Assembly: GCA_000002445.1 (NCBI GenBank)
Contig: AL929603.2
Location: 864,001-928,000 of the forward strand
DNA: 64,000 nucleotides
Direction: 5' to 3'
From: Trypanosoma brucei
Taxonomy: Eukaryota
Below the pieces are notes generated by a model. The model had not been told where the DNA came from. It saw only the letters and a program-made list of their open reading frames with translations, and did not search any database. Below are positions 22,299 through 32,464 of this stretch, one piece after another. Position 1 is the stretch's first letter. Each line of letters opens with the position of its first letter. The position numbers were made by a program, and so were the translations under genes.

Positions 22299-23774
22299 AT
22301 GGCTCATATATCCGTTACTGACACCCATTTCCGTGTCCTGGGAATTCCACGTGGTTGTGATGAGACGGCGCTGCGCAAAGCCTTCCGACAGAAGGCCCTC
22401 GATCTTCACCCCGATAGGAACCCAAATGGCGCGGATGAGTTTAAGAAAGTAAATGAAGCGTACGAGGCCTTGCAGCAGCATTTCCGTCGTAATGGAGGCC
22501 GTGATGTGTTACCTCATGCACCACCCTCCAATGCAGGCACCGGCTTTCAATACGCCCGACAGGCGCGGGAACCGCCGTGCCACTTCACAGAGGAGGAACT
22601 GTTTGGATGTTCCCCCGGTGGTTTCTCCCATGAGCGTCGGGGTTACGGGGCGAAATGTTATGCGCGGTTTGGTGGAAGACGGTGGCAAGCCAGCGGCAAC
22701 AGCGGTGATAACAACGTCGGTGGTGGTATCGATTTAGACGGCGGCTCCATGCCTTTTGGGGGTTTTCCTGTTGGATCAAAGGAGGAGCATCAACGCGTGG
22801 ATGAGCGTTGGCGTCAAGCCCATGGCAGGCGAGTACCTGTCAGCGGTTATTCTTACGCCCGTGGTGGTGCTGCCTCATGCCACGCGAGGTCTCACCCATT
22901 TTCTCATAATCATAATCAACAACAGCAACAACAACAACAGCGGCCACCACAATCCTCTTCACCTCCATTTAATGGTGCAAGTGGAAGTCCAATGACAGAA
23001 CCCAAACCAAATGGAGGTGAGAAAGCGAGAGGAACAGGGGAGGGAAGCAGCAGCGCTGGTGGTGGTGCCGCAGGCAGCAATGACAAAAGTTACACTCATG
23101 CAAGCAGCAGCCCTCCTTCTTATGACGGGTCTTATACTCAACAACCTAATGAGAAGAGGATGAGCAGCGATGAGTTGTATCGGGAATGGGAGCGACTCAT
23201 GCGAGAATTTGATAGCAAAACATCCGCAACAGGTGGAGCATTCCGCGACCCATGTGAATGGGAATGGGACAACAGCGATACTAGCGTCGTCAGTGATGGT
23301 GAAGATAGTCAAGACACGGATGATGATGATAATGATGATGATGATGGTGAGGAGAATTATGTTGTTAACAAGAAGAAACACCCCGCTTCTTCAAGTAGCC
23401 GCCGGGCGAGGACGTGCTCTAGTCGCTTTAGTGAGCGTAACAGGTTGAATGAAACCCACATGCGTAGTATCATTGAGGAGAAGATTCAGTTAAAAAAGAT
23501 ACTTTTCACCCAACGTTACACTCCGGACCCTGCGGATGTGGCGCTAATGAGCGATAATGAAGTTTATGTATTATGCGAGGTGCTTCGTGATGTGGAGCAG
23601 CGTATGCAAAAGGTGCTTGTAGGTCGCCTGACTAAAGGTCTTTGTAGCCGCTGCATGAAGGCTCCGAAGATGCAGGGCTCAAAATTATTCACTTGTGGTC
23701 ACGCATCCGTTTGTTCTGAGTGCGCATGCACGTGCGCGGTATGCCCCATTTGTGCGGCTACGAGTCGTCGTTAA
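22299..23774 (+). CDS. DnaJ (J-domain) protein with C-terminal C3HC4 RING finger
   Basis: 491-aa ORF. The N-terminus FRVLGIPRGCDETALRKAFRQKALDLHPDRNPNGADEFKKVNEAYEAL is a canonical J domain with the HPD motif. The C-terminal 45 aa, CSRCMKAPKMQGSKLFTCGHASVCSECACTCAVCPICAATSRR, has the C-x2-C...C-x-H...C-x2-C...C-P-x-C spacing of C-terminal RING-HC fingers. A poly-Q run (Q10) and an Asp-rich tract lie in between. Confidence 0.85.
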   Translation: MAHISVTDTHFRVLGIPRGCDETALRKAFRQKALDLHPDRNPNGADEFKKVNEAYEALQQHFRRNGGRDVLPHAPPSNAGTGFQYARQAREPPCHFTEEELFGCSPGGFSHERRGYGAKCYARFGGRRWQASGNSGDNNVGGGIDLDGGSMPFGGFPVGSKEEHQRVDERWRQAHGRRVPVSGYSYARGGAASCHARSHPFSHNHNQQQQQQQQRPPQSSSPPFNGASGSPMTEPKPNGGEKARGTGEGSSSAGGGAAGSNDKSYTHASSSPPSYDGSYTQQPNEKRMSSDELYREWERLMREFDSKTSATGGAFRDPCEWEWDNSDTSVVSDGEDSQDTDDDDNDDDDGEENYVVNKKKHPASSSSRRARTCSSRFSERNRLNETHMRSIIEEKIQLKKILFTQRYTPDPADVALMSDNEVYVLCEVLRDVEQRMQKVLVGRLTKGLCSRCMKAPKMQGSKLFTCGHASVCSECACTCAVCPICAATSRR

Positions 23775-23924
23775 TTGATATGCGTTTTTGGTTTTGAAAA
23801 TTGCGTTTTTTTTTTTCGGGTGTTGGAAATTTAGAGGGCATTTCTCGCAGTGGGGGAGGCGCTGCGTACATTTATGACTTCTCTTTTTCTTTTTTTTTTT
23901 TGAAAAAAAAGAGAACACAAACAA

Positions 23925-23975
23925 AAAGGAAAAGGAAAAGGAAAAGGAAAAGGAAAAGGAAAAGGAAAAGGGAAA
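23925..23975. repeat. (GGAAAA)n hexanucleotide repeat, ~9 copies
   Basis: aaaaggaaaaggaaaaggaaaaggaaaaggaaaaggaaaaggaaaaggaaaaggg, 150 nt downstream of the DnaJ-RING stop. Confidence 0.9.
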
Positions 23976-25295
23976 GAGAGGTAGGGCAGAGGAGAAAAAG
24001 GTTGTGGTGGTGGAGGATGAGTTTAGATGCGAAAACAATAAATATTAGGATTGAGAAGTGAGATGCGAGTAGAGTTTGGATTATTGCGTCAATTAGGTGA
24101 TAAAACATGTGGGGTGAGGGACGCTGAGGTGTAACATGAAACTAAGGGAAGGGGAACTACACAAATACAAGCAATGACATGTAGGCATCTGCATTTGCGC
24201 ATGAATGTAAAAATAAATATGTTCAAACGTGAATGCATGAGGGGGGGGGAGGATGTGTTGTGGGGAGTTGAAAGGATGGGATTACTGATAATTTTATTAC
24301 TCGATGAGCATTACAAAAAAAAAAAAGAGAAAAAAGGGGATTTCTTGTATCTTTTTTTTTTCTCCTCATTTCCACACCAAAAGGTAGTCAAAAACGTTGG
24401 GACGGGATTATGTGCCGGTGGGCTCCAATGCGGTGCATCATTTTTTTTTCTTTTTTTTCTTTTTAGTTACTTTTATTATTATTATTATAATTATATGGCC
24501 ACAGCCACGGCTATGGTCATCATCATCATCATCACTACCATTGTGATCCTTGTCGTTTCCCGGATTCCTTTTAAGTGTTTGAACCTTTTCACTCCCCTGT
24601 GATGCACTTCTGTTGTTTGAGTGTGCAGAGGGGGCATGATTAAATAGTTAAAGAATTTTTTTTTATTCTAAAAAAAAAAGTAGATCAAAGAAACAAACAA
24701 ACAAACAAACAGAGAAGCGCAAAAGGGATTCACCTGTAAGCACCACTGCGGTTCTCCGGGATTTCACATTCAGGAATCGAAACTTCACGTCTTTTTCCCT
24801 TTTCCCCTCTTCTCTTCTCTGTACCACCCAATTAAGGCAAACACATATGGTGTGTATATTTGCCCATGGTTACATTGGGGGTTGAATGGATGTGGTGTGA
24901 GGGAAATGTTATGAATGAGTAAAGATAAAAGTGTCAGTGCGTGCGTGTGTGTGTGTGTGGCGAGACCATATTTTCGGAATCACGGTTGGTGGTTTTTGAT
25001 TTTCTTTTTTTGATTTTTCTTTTTCTTTTTTTGTTTTTGTTTCTTTCCCTCCTTTTCTCACTCTTTCTTTTTCCCCTGTTTTCGTTATTTGTCGTTCATT
25101 GCTATTTATCATCACCGTTATTATTGCTATTATTTTTCTTATTTATTTATTTTCAAATGATAGCCTTAAATTGTTTTGGTGCCCCTTTTGTTTGTTCCCG
25201 CTAATCCCTCAGCCCTTTTCCCAAACCATTTATCCCCCTGTGAAATTTCTCACGAAATGACATTAGACACTTAAAATGTACGTGTGGAAGTTGTC

Positions 25296-25340
25296 TGTCA
25301 TTTGTCATTTGTCATTTGTCATTTGTCATTTGTTGTTTGT
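25296..25340. repeat. tandem 9-mer (TGTCATTTG)5
   Basis: ctgtcatttgtcatttgtcatttgtcatttgtcatttgttgtttgt in the intergenic region. Confidence 0.9.
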
Positions 25341-26220
25341 ATATTTTCACATTGATATGAGAGCAAAAAACACCAACAAAAAAAACAAAAAAGAAGGACG
25401 ATGATGAAATTAAGTGAATACGTCACTTTAATGGAGGGATGAGTCATGAAAGTTTCCCTTTTCCTGTTACTCATTTTTTTTTTTTTCAGTTTTCACCTTC
25501 TCCCCGAAAGTTTTATTCCCGCTTGCGACTGTCGCCTTCCTTTTCTTCTTTTCTTCTTTCTTTTCCTGTTGTTATTGTTGTTACGGCATCCAATCCATGT
25601 ACTAATACTACAACTCGCCGTTTTCTCGATTCTTTTTTCTTTTTTTTTTTTACTGTTTCGTTCTGCTCTTTTTTTTAAAATTATTTGAAATGTGCTAATC
25701 CTTTTTTTTCTTTTCTTTATTTGTTTGTGAGTTTCTCCCCCCCTGTATTTTAGCCCCTCCTCACATATATATATATATATTGTTTTACATGCGGTCACAA
25801 TCAGCTTCACTTTTACTTCCCTTTCTCTTTTATATTCCTGTAGTTGCACGTTCAATAATATTATGATTATTGAAATGATTGTTGCTACTATTGTTCTTTC
25901 CGTGCTGTTAAAGGCTACGAGGGTTATGGACAATTTATTTTTTTTAGTCATTACTGATGTTTAAACAATTTCACTACATAAAATAATAATAATAATATAA
26001 TATTATTATGTTTGTCATTTATTATTTCTCATCATTACGTTTCTCCCTCTTTCTCTCTCTCTTTCTCGTGTTTCTTTCCTTTCATAAAAGGTAGAATATT
26101 CATTGCTGAATCCAAACCGTCCGTCAGTGTAAAGTATTTGGACATAAACATAAAAAAAAAAAGACACACGCGCACACGTACACACGCAGCTGTGTACAGT
26201 AAAAGCCGAATCAAACGTGC

Positions 26221-26280
26221 TCTCGTTTTTTTTTCCACCCCGTCCTGACTTTTTTTTTTTCGTTGTCATTTTTTCCTCAG
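26221..26280 (+). promoter_or_regulatory. polypyrimidine tract plus AG: candidate spliced-leader acceptor upstream of the large repeat protein gene
   Basis: ctcgtttttttttccaccccgtcctgacttttttttttttcgttgtcattttttcctcAG, about 650 nt upstream of the ATG at 26927. Confidence 0.35.
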
Positions 26281-26926
26281 CGATCGGAATAACAACAACA
26301 ACACCAACAAAAAAGAAAACAAAAGGAGGGGAGGATTTCTTGAGCAGAGTTGTGTGACTGCTCAGTGAGATTTTTGAGGTGAACAGCCATCAAAGTTTCA
26401 GATACGGGTGTGATAAACTCATACGGAAGGAAAGCCTGAAAGAGAAAGAAAAGGAAGGGAATTGACGTTGGTATTTGTGTTTGAACAAAGGATAAGGGTG
26501 ATTTAGAAGAGGGAAAGAAGGGAAAAAAAAAAAAAAGAAACTAAAAGAAAAAAAACAAAGAAAAGGAAAAAAGAGAATTGGATTATAGGGAAGTAGGCGG
26601 AAAGAAAGAAGAGGATAGTGAGATTAGAAGGAAAGAGGGAAGACAAAAGCAGGAGGCCGTAAAAGAATAGAACTGGTGCCTTCCTGTGCAGGTGGGTGCG
26701 TGTTTCCACACTCTTGGGAGCAAGGGGACATACATACATATTGATAAGGAGGGAGAGAGAAGGTAAAAGGAAGGAAGAAGAAGGAAAACCACAACAAAAA
26801 AAAGGAAGGAACCGAACACAGCGGCCGTGGGGTTTGTCAACGACTGTCACTTTCACTTGAGTGAAGGGACGTTATAACAACAACAACAATAACAAAGGGA
26901 ACACAGGGCAAAAATCCAAGTTGAAA

Positions 26927-29900
26927 ATGGAGAACGACTATCCCGTTAACCTGCGAGTGGATATCGCTCCTGAAGATGGCACGGTTATGCTTCCCGGAAG
27001 CATAACCATCACCCGCACCACCGTTTCCGTGTTCAAGTTGCGTGAATCCACGGATGAGGAGCCGCTGTTTATTGGCGTGTGCTCCGTCCCATTAATTAAG
27101 TTCTCCCGCTGCCCCAGTACAGTCTTTCCGAGAACCGATGCCCTTTTGCTGACGAGCGTCTCGGGGCATCTTTTTATTAACGCCGCCCTCACAGCTGGAG
27201 TGGTGCCACCAGAGGAAAGTGGGCTCGGGACCCCGAGCTCTAGTGCCAGTGACATCGCACGCAGTCATGCATCAGGAACCCGGCGAGACTCTGTTGATGA
27301 GCGCCGTAAGAAAATTGACAACCCCGGCCTTTGGACACGACTACGGCTGGAGTTTCGCGACAACGACGACTGCGACCGCTGCGTTGAGGCCCTCCTCGCG
27401 CGCCACGCAGAGGAGCTTAATTCACGCGGTACATCATCCACAAGTTCCCTCTCTAAGTCTCACTCCCAAAACGATGTTACGGGTGCGTCACGTAGTCGCA
27501 GGGATTCTTCCATGCGCACACACAGTGGCCCACGGCGCAGTACACACAGCGAGTCGACCAGGTCAACGGAGAGTTCGATGAGGAGCACACAGGAGGACTT
27601 AGTCCGAAGTTCGCGCGGTGGAGAGAGCCGCAACAGTCGCGGTGACGCAAGCAGATCTGGTGGAACTCCATTAAGAAGTGCGCCAGATGACTCCCGACGT
27701 TCCCGTGGCCCAGAGAGCCATTCCGTCCGCAGCGACACAACAAGAACGGGTGGGACTCCGTCGAGGGGTGGGCCAGATGATGTCCGACACTCTCGAGGCC
27801 CTGATAGCCATTCCAGTCGCAGTGACACAACAAGAACAGGTGCAACTCCATTAAGAAGTGCGCCAGATGACTCCCGACGTTCCCGTGGCCCAGAGAGTCA
27901 CGTCACCCGCAGCGAGACTAGCAGATCAGCAGGGACTCCCTTAAGGAGCGCGCATAACGAAACGGCCCGCAATAGCCGCAGTGAGGCAAGCAGATCTGGT
28001 GGAACTCCATTAAGAAGTGCGCCAGATGACTCTCGACGCTCCCGCGGCCCGGAGAGCCATTCCGTCCGCAGCGACACGACAAGAACGGGTGGGACTCCGT
28101 CGAGGGGTGGGCCAGATGATGTTCGGCACTCTCGAGGCCCTGATAGCCATTCCAGTCACAGTGAGCTGAGCAGGTCTGGTGGAACGCCCCCACGAAGTGC
28201 GCCAGATGCTATGTTCCGACATTCCCGTGGCCCCGATAGTCAAACTACCCGCAGTGAAGCGAGCAGGTCGGTCAGGAGCTCCTCAAAGCACTCACCCGCT
28301 GGTGCAGGCAGATCAACGGGAACGACTAGGTCAAGTGGAACAGCCCTTCCCGCCGGAGCTGGTGTCAGCGAAATGATGCACACGTGCCGCAGCGGACCGA
28401 CGTACATGGAGGGCTCATGCACGAGTTCTAATGCCCGCCGAAACGGTGGGATCCATCACGGGTCGGACCGGACACCCATCCGTGCTGGTCGAGGTCCCGC
28501 GGACGGCGATTCCGAATCAGATGCAGCCTCATCTGCTGTGGACATCCGACGGCATGGCCGGAGCAGCGTAACCAGTAGCGCCAGCAGGGGCAGTGGTTTG
28601 GACAGCCAACCCTTAACTCCTAGCGGGAGCGAAGTGGGGGGGCAGAAGCGCCGTTCAGGTTCCCCAGCAGACTTCCACACTCCCAACAGCAAGCGGCGGG
28701 ATTCTCAGTCGGAGTACTCACAGGACAGTCAGTTAACCCCCCGTGGCCTCCCGAATCGCAGCCGGGGAGACGGCAGTTATAGAGAGGCGGATTCCGTAAG
28801 CGAGCTACGGACACCACGGAGCTCGTTAAGGGAAGGGAGCCGCGACGGCTATGGAACAAGGGCTCCAGGCACCGCAAGGGATGCACCAAACGCAGCCCAG
28901 TCCCCATACAACATCCGCCGACATTCACTCAACAGCACTGGAACAAGCACGATGCAAACATCAGTGATCGACTCCATCGTGGGGGGCGGCCATGATAGGG
29001 GGCGTGCCCACAGCCAAGCAACGTCCGCAAGAACGACACCGTACAACTCTCGCAGCCCACCCGGCCACCCATCCACGGGCAAAAAGCGCACGGAGCTGCA
29101 GTATTTCCTGCGATGCATTCTCAAATTTATGCACCACCGTCTCCATTTCATGCAATACTTACACAAGGAGGTCGTCTTCGAGGCTTACCTCCACGAGGAG
29201 GCGCGGCTGCTCGGCGGACGCCCCCGATCGCGTTCGATGCGACGTTCCTCCCGTGCCACCTCCGCCAGTCACAACGCCAGCCGCATGAGTGCCTCACCGC
29301 GCCGCTCATTGATCCCTCCTGGTCTGGAGGAGGCTCATCGGCTCCGTGAGATCGAGGACCGCCTTCGCGAGGTGGAGAATTTGCACCGCACGACCGAACT
29401 GGAGCGAGCTGAGTTGGAGAGGCGGCAGCGTGAATTTGAGGAGGAGCGGCGAGATTTCGAGAGGCGCCGTCAGGAACTGGCCCACCAGCGCCTAGAGGTA
29501 CAGGATTTGTTGCGAGAAGTTGGGGATAGGTGGAGGGATGGTGACCGCATGGGTGGTATGGGCAGTGGCATCAACAGGTTTGACTACCTGAGTGATCAGA
29601 GACCTCGTGACAGCTACGGTTATGGTGAGGGCATCGGATCTCGCCATTCTTCACATCACAGTAGGCAGCGTGATAGTGACACCCTTTCAGTACCTACAGG
29701 AGAGGCTAAGTTGCTTTTGTCCTCGCAGAAGCCTCCGGCATTAGAGGAGGCGTTGGATGAGGCCGATTACCCCACTGCTTTTGTGGATCGTTACGTTTAC
29801 GGTGATGAGTGGAGAATGCTGCTCCCCAAGCGCGAGATGGAGGTTCGTTTCAATGCCCTCGTCGACACATGCATCGCTCTTAAGCTGCCACGCCGCCTTG

Positions 29901-31843
29901 TGACAATTTTAACCGTGTCCGTGGAACAACCGGGACTGCGGGTTACAGCAGAGGTTCGCCACAACCCAGAAACCCTGTCGCGCGATGTGTTGACGCGTCG
30001 CTTCACCACGCAGCCTCTCCGCTTTCTCCAGCGGCTTTATGATCTCCGCCACTACTACGCCATGGACGATACGGTTGCAAACGCACCGCAGCGGAGCCTG
30101 CCACGTGGGTCGCGGGGAACATCACGAGGCACGCCGCTTCAAGGTAGCCGCGTGCTCCCAGGTGTGATACCGCGGGTGAATGAAAACAGCGGTATTTATG
30201 ATGAGTCCAGCGACGACGATCTGATGGGTGACAACGCGATGGTGGACCCGATGGCTCGCATGCGTGAGTTTCAGCGAGGTGCTGAACGCCGCCGCCTCCA
30301 GCGTGAACTCGAGTCAGCGAATATGCGTGAAAAAAAGCAAGCCACACAGCAGAAGCAGCGTAGATTTCAGCAATTAGAGCAGCTGGAGCAGGAGGAATCG
30401 ATGGGCCGCAGCAGCATTGTGCTTGCCGAGCTACAAACCCGCCGCTCAATGTTTGCATCTGCTGTTTTCAGGCAGCGTCCCAGCGCCATTACACTAAGAC
30501 GACAGCTGGAGGAAAAGGAACAAGTGGAGCGTTCTTTGCTTGAGGTGGGGTACGTCCGGCAGACGCAGGTGCTCATGCAGGCTCATCGCCGTAATCTCAA
30601 TTTTGTTCGCCTCCTCATGCACGAGGCTGAGCGTCGCTTGCGTCATGTGGAGCTTGAGCGTGAGGCTCGCATGGAGTTGGATATCATGATGAATCCCACA
30701 CGGTGGGTAAAGTCCGTGTCGCTGCCGGAGGTGAATGAGCGCACGCGGCGGCAGAGGCTTGTTGCTGCAGAGATGAAGCAGCGGATGCACATATACGCGA
30801 ACATCCGGAGTTTTGTGGCCGATGCCGTGCAGAGTGAAATTGACACACTGATCAGCGACGAGATGGCCGCACGTTTGGTGCTCGGTGCGGATGAGATGAA
30901 GTCGCGTATAGATCTTTACAGCTGGAGCCAGGCACCCGGCAGCATTTACACACCTCGCTCAGCCGCAATAGCGGCTGCAGGGCGTCAGGGGATTCCACCG
31001 CAAGCATTACATGCTCTTTTTGCGGAAGAATCCGTTGAGCGTGTTCACTTGGGTAACGATGAGTTGCGCCGCCGCCATCTTTACCAGCGGGAGTACATCA
31101 TTACAACAGAGGACGCAGCCCGCAATGACATTGAGCTAGAGGAACTGGATGAGCACGTTACCATGTTGGATGGGCTCGTGCAGAAGAACCGTAAAATGTT
31201 GGAGCGCCGCCGCCAGGAGCAGCAGCGATCAATTAAACTCCTCAGCGAGGAACAGTACTACCGTAAGAGTATCATAAATGACGAGCAGGACGAGTTTGAA
31301 GAGTTTATGGAGCAATTTGATGCAGAGATTAATGATATGATTATGACGGAGGCTTCACAGTTAGGCCCAGCACATGACATTGATAGTCCTTCCCGTCGCC
31401 GCCGCGTCCCCAGCACTCCACGACAGGCAAAATTGTTCCACTACATGTCTTTTGTGCCTGAAGACATGGATCATGTTCCCACTGCCAACTTGGCCATTGA
31501 AGGGATGCTTGGTTGCAGCATTAATAAGAACTTGGAAGTAACATGTATTGCCCGGCCACTTCCAAAGGCAGAAGCGGAGGAACTTCAATTCCAAGCAGGT
31601 GATATGATACTTGACGTGGCTGGATATTCCCTCCACTCGCTCTCTCATCTACGTGAAGTACTTGCGAATCGCGCGATGCAAATTCAGCATGAAGCGCGTG
31701 AAGAATTTGATGATGTACCGGAAGATGAGCTTCTCACAAATCCTGCACTGCAGAAGTACATTGAAGTGCTTTGTGAGCACCATAACTTCCTCGTGCAGGT
31801 GCTGCGTGGTTGTGATATCTTCCAAATCATTGTGAAGTCCTAA
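26927..31843 (+). CDS. very large repeat-containing coiled-coil protein with C-terminal PDZ-like domain
   Basis: ORF 26861..31843. The N-terminal 22 codons are poly-Asn low complexity, so the Met at 26927 (MENDYPVNL) is preferred. It contains an in-frame tandem array of ~30-aa units (…SRGPESHSVRSDTTRTGGTPSRGGPDDVRHSRGPDSHSSRSDTTRTGATPLRSAPDDSRRS…) at about 27600-28270. Downstream are long Arg/Glu-rich coiled-coil stretches. The C-terminal block LQFQAGDMILDVAGYSLHSLSHLREVLANRAMQ is PDZ-like. Confidence 0.85.
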   Translation: MENDYPVNLRVDIAPEDGTVMLPGSITITRTTVSVFKLRESTDEEPLFIGVCSVPLIKFSRCPSTVFPRTDALLLTSVSGHLFINAALTAGVVPPEESGLGTPSSSASDIARSHASGTRRDSVDERRKKIDNPGLWTRLRLEFRDNDDCDRCVEALLARHAEELNSRGTSSTSSLSKSHSQNDVTGASRSRRDSSMRTHSGPRRSTHSESTRSTESSMRSTQEDLVRSSRGGESRNSRGDASRSGGTPLRSAPDDSRRSRGPESHSVRSDTTRTGGTPSRGGPDDVRHSRGPDSHSSRSDTTRTGATPLRSAPDDSRRSRGPESHVTRSETSRSAGTPLRSAHNETARNSRSEASRSGGTPLRSAPDDSRRSRGPESHSVRSDTTRTGGTPSRGGPDDVRHSRGPDSHSSHSELSRSGGTPPRSAPDAMFRHSRGPDSQTTRSEASRSVRSSSKHSPAGAGRSTGTTRSSGTALPAGAGVSEMMHTCRSGPTYMEGSCTSSNARRNGGIHHGSDRTPIRAGRGPADGDSESDAASSAVDIRRHGRSSVTSSASRGSGLDSQPLTPSGSEVGGQKRRSGSPADFHTPNSKRRDSQSEYSQDSQLTPRGLPNRSRGDGSYREADSVSELRTPRSSLREGSRDGYGTRAPGTARDAPNAAQSPYNIRRHSLNSTGTSTMQTSVIDSIVGGGHDRGRAHSQATSARTTPYNSRSPPGHPSTGKKRTELQYFLRCILKFMHHRLHFMQYLHKEVVFEAYLHEEARLLGGRPRSRSMRRSSRATSASHNASRMSASPRRSLIPPGLEEAHRLREIEDRLREVENLHRTTELERAELERRQREFEEERRDFERRRQELAHQRLEVQDLLREVGDRWRDGDRMGGMGSGINRFDYLSDQRPRDSYGYGEGIGSRHSSHHSRQRDSDTLSVPTGEAKLLLSSQKPPALEEALDEADYPTAFVDRYVYGDEWRMLLPKREMEVRFNALVDTCIALKLPRRLVTILTVSVEQPGLRVTAEVRHNPETLSRDVLTRRFTTQPLRFLQRLYDLRHYYAMDDTVANAPQRSLPRGSRGTSRGTPLQGSRVLPGVIPRVNENSGIYDESSDDDLMGDNAMVDPMARMREFQRGAERRRLQRELESANMREKKQATQQKQRRFQQLEQLEQEESMGRSSIVLAELQTRRSMFASAVFRQRPSAITLRRQLEEKEQVERSLLEVGYVRQTQVLMQAHRRNLNFVRLLMHEAERRLRHVELEREARMELDIMMNPTRWVKSVSLPEVNERTRRQRLVAAEMKQRMHIYANIRSFVADAVQSEIDTLISDEMAARLVLGADEMKSRIDLYSWSQAPGSIYTPRSAAIAAAGRQGIPPQALHALFAEESVERVHLGNDELRRRHLYQREYIITTEDAARNDIELEELDEHVTMLDGLVQKNRKMLERRRQEQQRSIKLLSEEQYYRKSIINDEQDEFEEFMEQFDAEINDMIMTEASQLGPAHDIDSPSRRRRVPSTPRQAKLFHYMSFVPEDMDHVPTANLAIEGMLGCSINKNLEVTCIARPLPKAEAEELQFQAGDMILDVAGYSLHSLSHLREVLANRAMQIQHEAREEFDDVPEDELLTNPALQKYIEVLCEHHNFLVQVLRGCDIFQIIVKS
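27600..28270 (+). repeat. in-frame tandem repeat array (~90-nt subunits forming ~180-nt higher-order units, roughly 7 subunits) within the large CDS
   Basis: Near-identical nucleotide blocks recur. The string ggaactccattaagaagtgcgccagatgactcccgacgttcccgtggcccagagag occurs at about 27661, 27841 and 28001. The string ggtgggactccgtcgaggggtgggccagatgatgt occurs at about 27751 and 28091. The translation repeats RSDTTRTGGTP(S/L)R(G/S)(G/A)PDD(V/S)R(H/R)SRGP(D/E)SHS. Confidence 0.85.
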
Positions 31844-32408
31844 ACGATGGAAAGTGCAATTAATCGGTTGAGTGACTGGAACTGTGTGTAAAGTAGAAGA
31901 AAAGTAATTGAGGAGGAGACGACAAATAAAAGGAGAATTAGATATGGCTTTTTCTTATGTTTTAGATGGAGCCAAAGAGCTTGGCACAAGGAAAAAGGTA
32001 TGAGCCAATGTATATATATATATATTAAACGTATTGATAACTCCGTTCTATGAGATGAAAGGGGTAAAAAAAAAAGAAAAAGAAAAGAAGAGAGGGAAAA
32101 AAGAGTGACAGCGTGGCAGTGAATTATACATGCCATTCCGCACACATTTTCATTTTTTGTCACCCCAATGGGGTCTCTCTGTTGTTGCCTCCTTGTTGGA
32201 AATGGCCGGCAGGCATTTTAAAGGCGACGGGGTTCATATATGAGTGTTGTTGTTGTTGTTTTTCTTGCTTTTCGCTTTAAAATGAAAATGAATAAAAAGT
32301 GAGAGTGAAAGAGAAGGGAACGAAAAGAAGAAAAAAAAAGTAGATCAAACAGACAAACGGACTAAAACGAAAAAGGAAAAGAAAATAAATGAGAGGAAGC
32401 GCGGCACT

Positions 32409-32425
32409 TCCATTTCCATTTCCAT

Positions 32426-32461
<36 letters not shown>
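32409..32461. repeat. (CCATTT)3 plus (AT)16 microsatellite
   Basis: ccatttccatttccatttgaatatatatatatatatatatatatatatatatatat. Confidence 0.95.

Positions 32462-32464
<3 letters not shown>

Noticed and set aside
27460-28243. Possible second repeat-encoded protein on the minus strand of the tandem array.
   Set aside because: The ORFs there are a by-product of the repeat periodicity, which produces reciprocal open frames. The + strand frame is continuous with a 1660-aa protein and is clearly the coding one.
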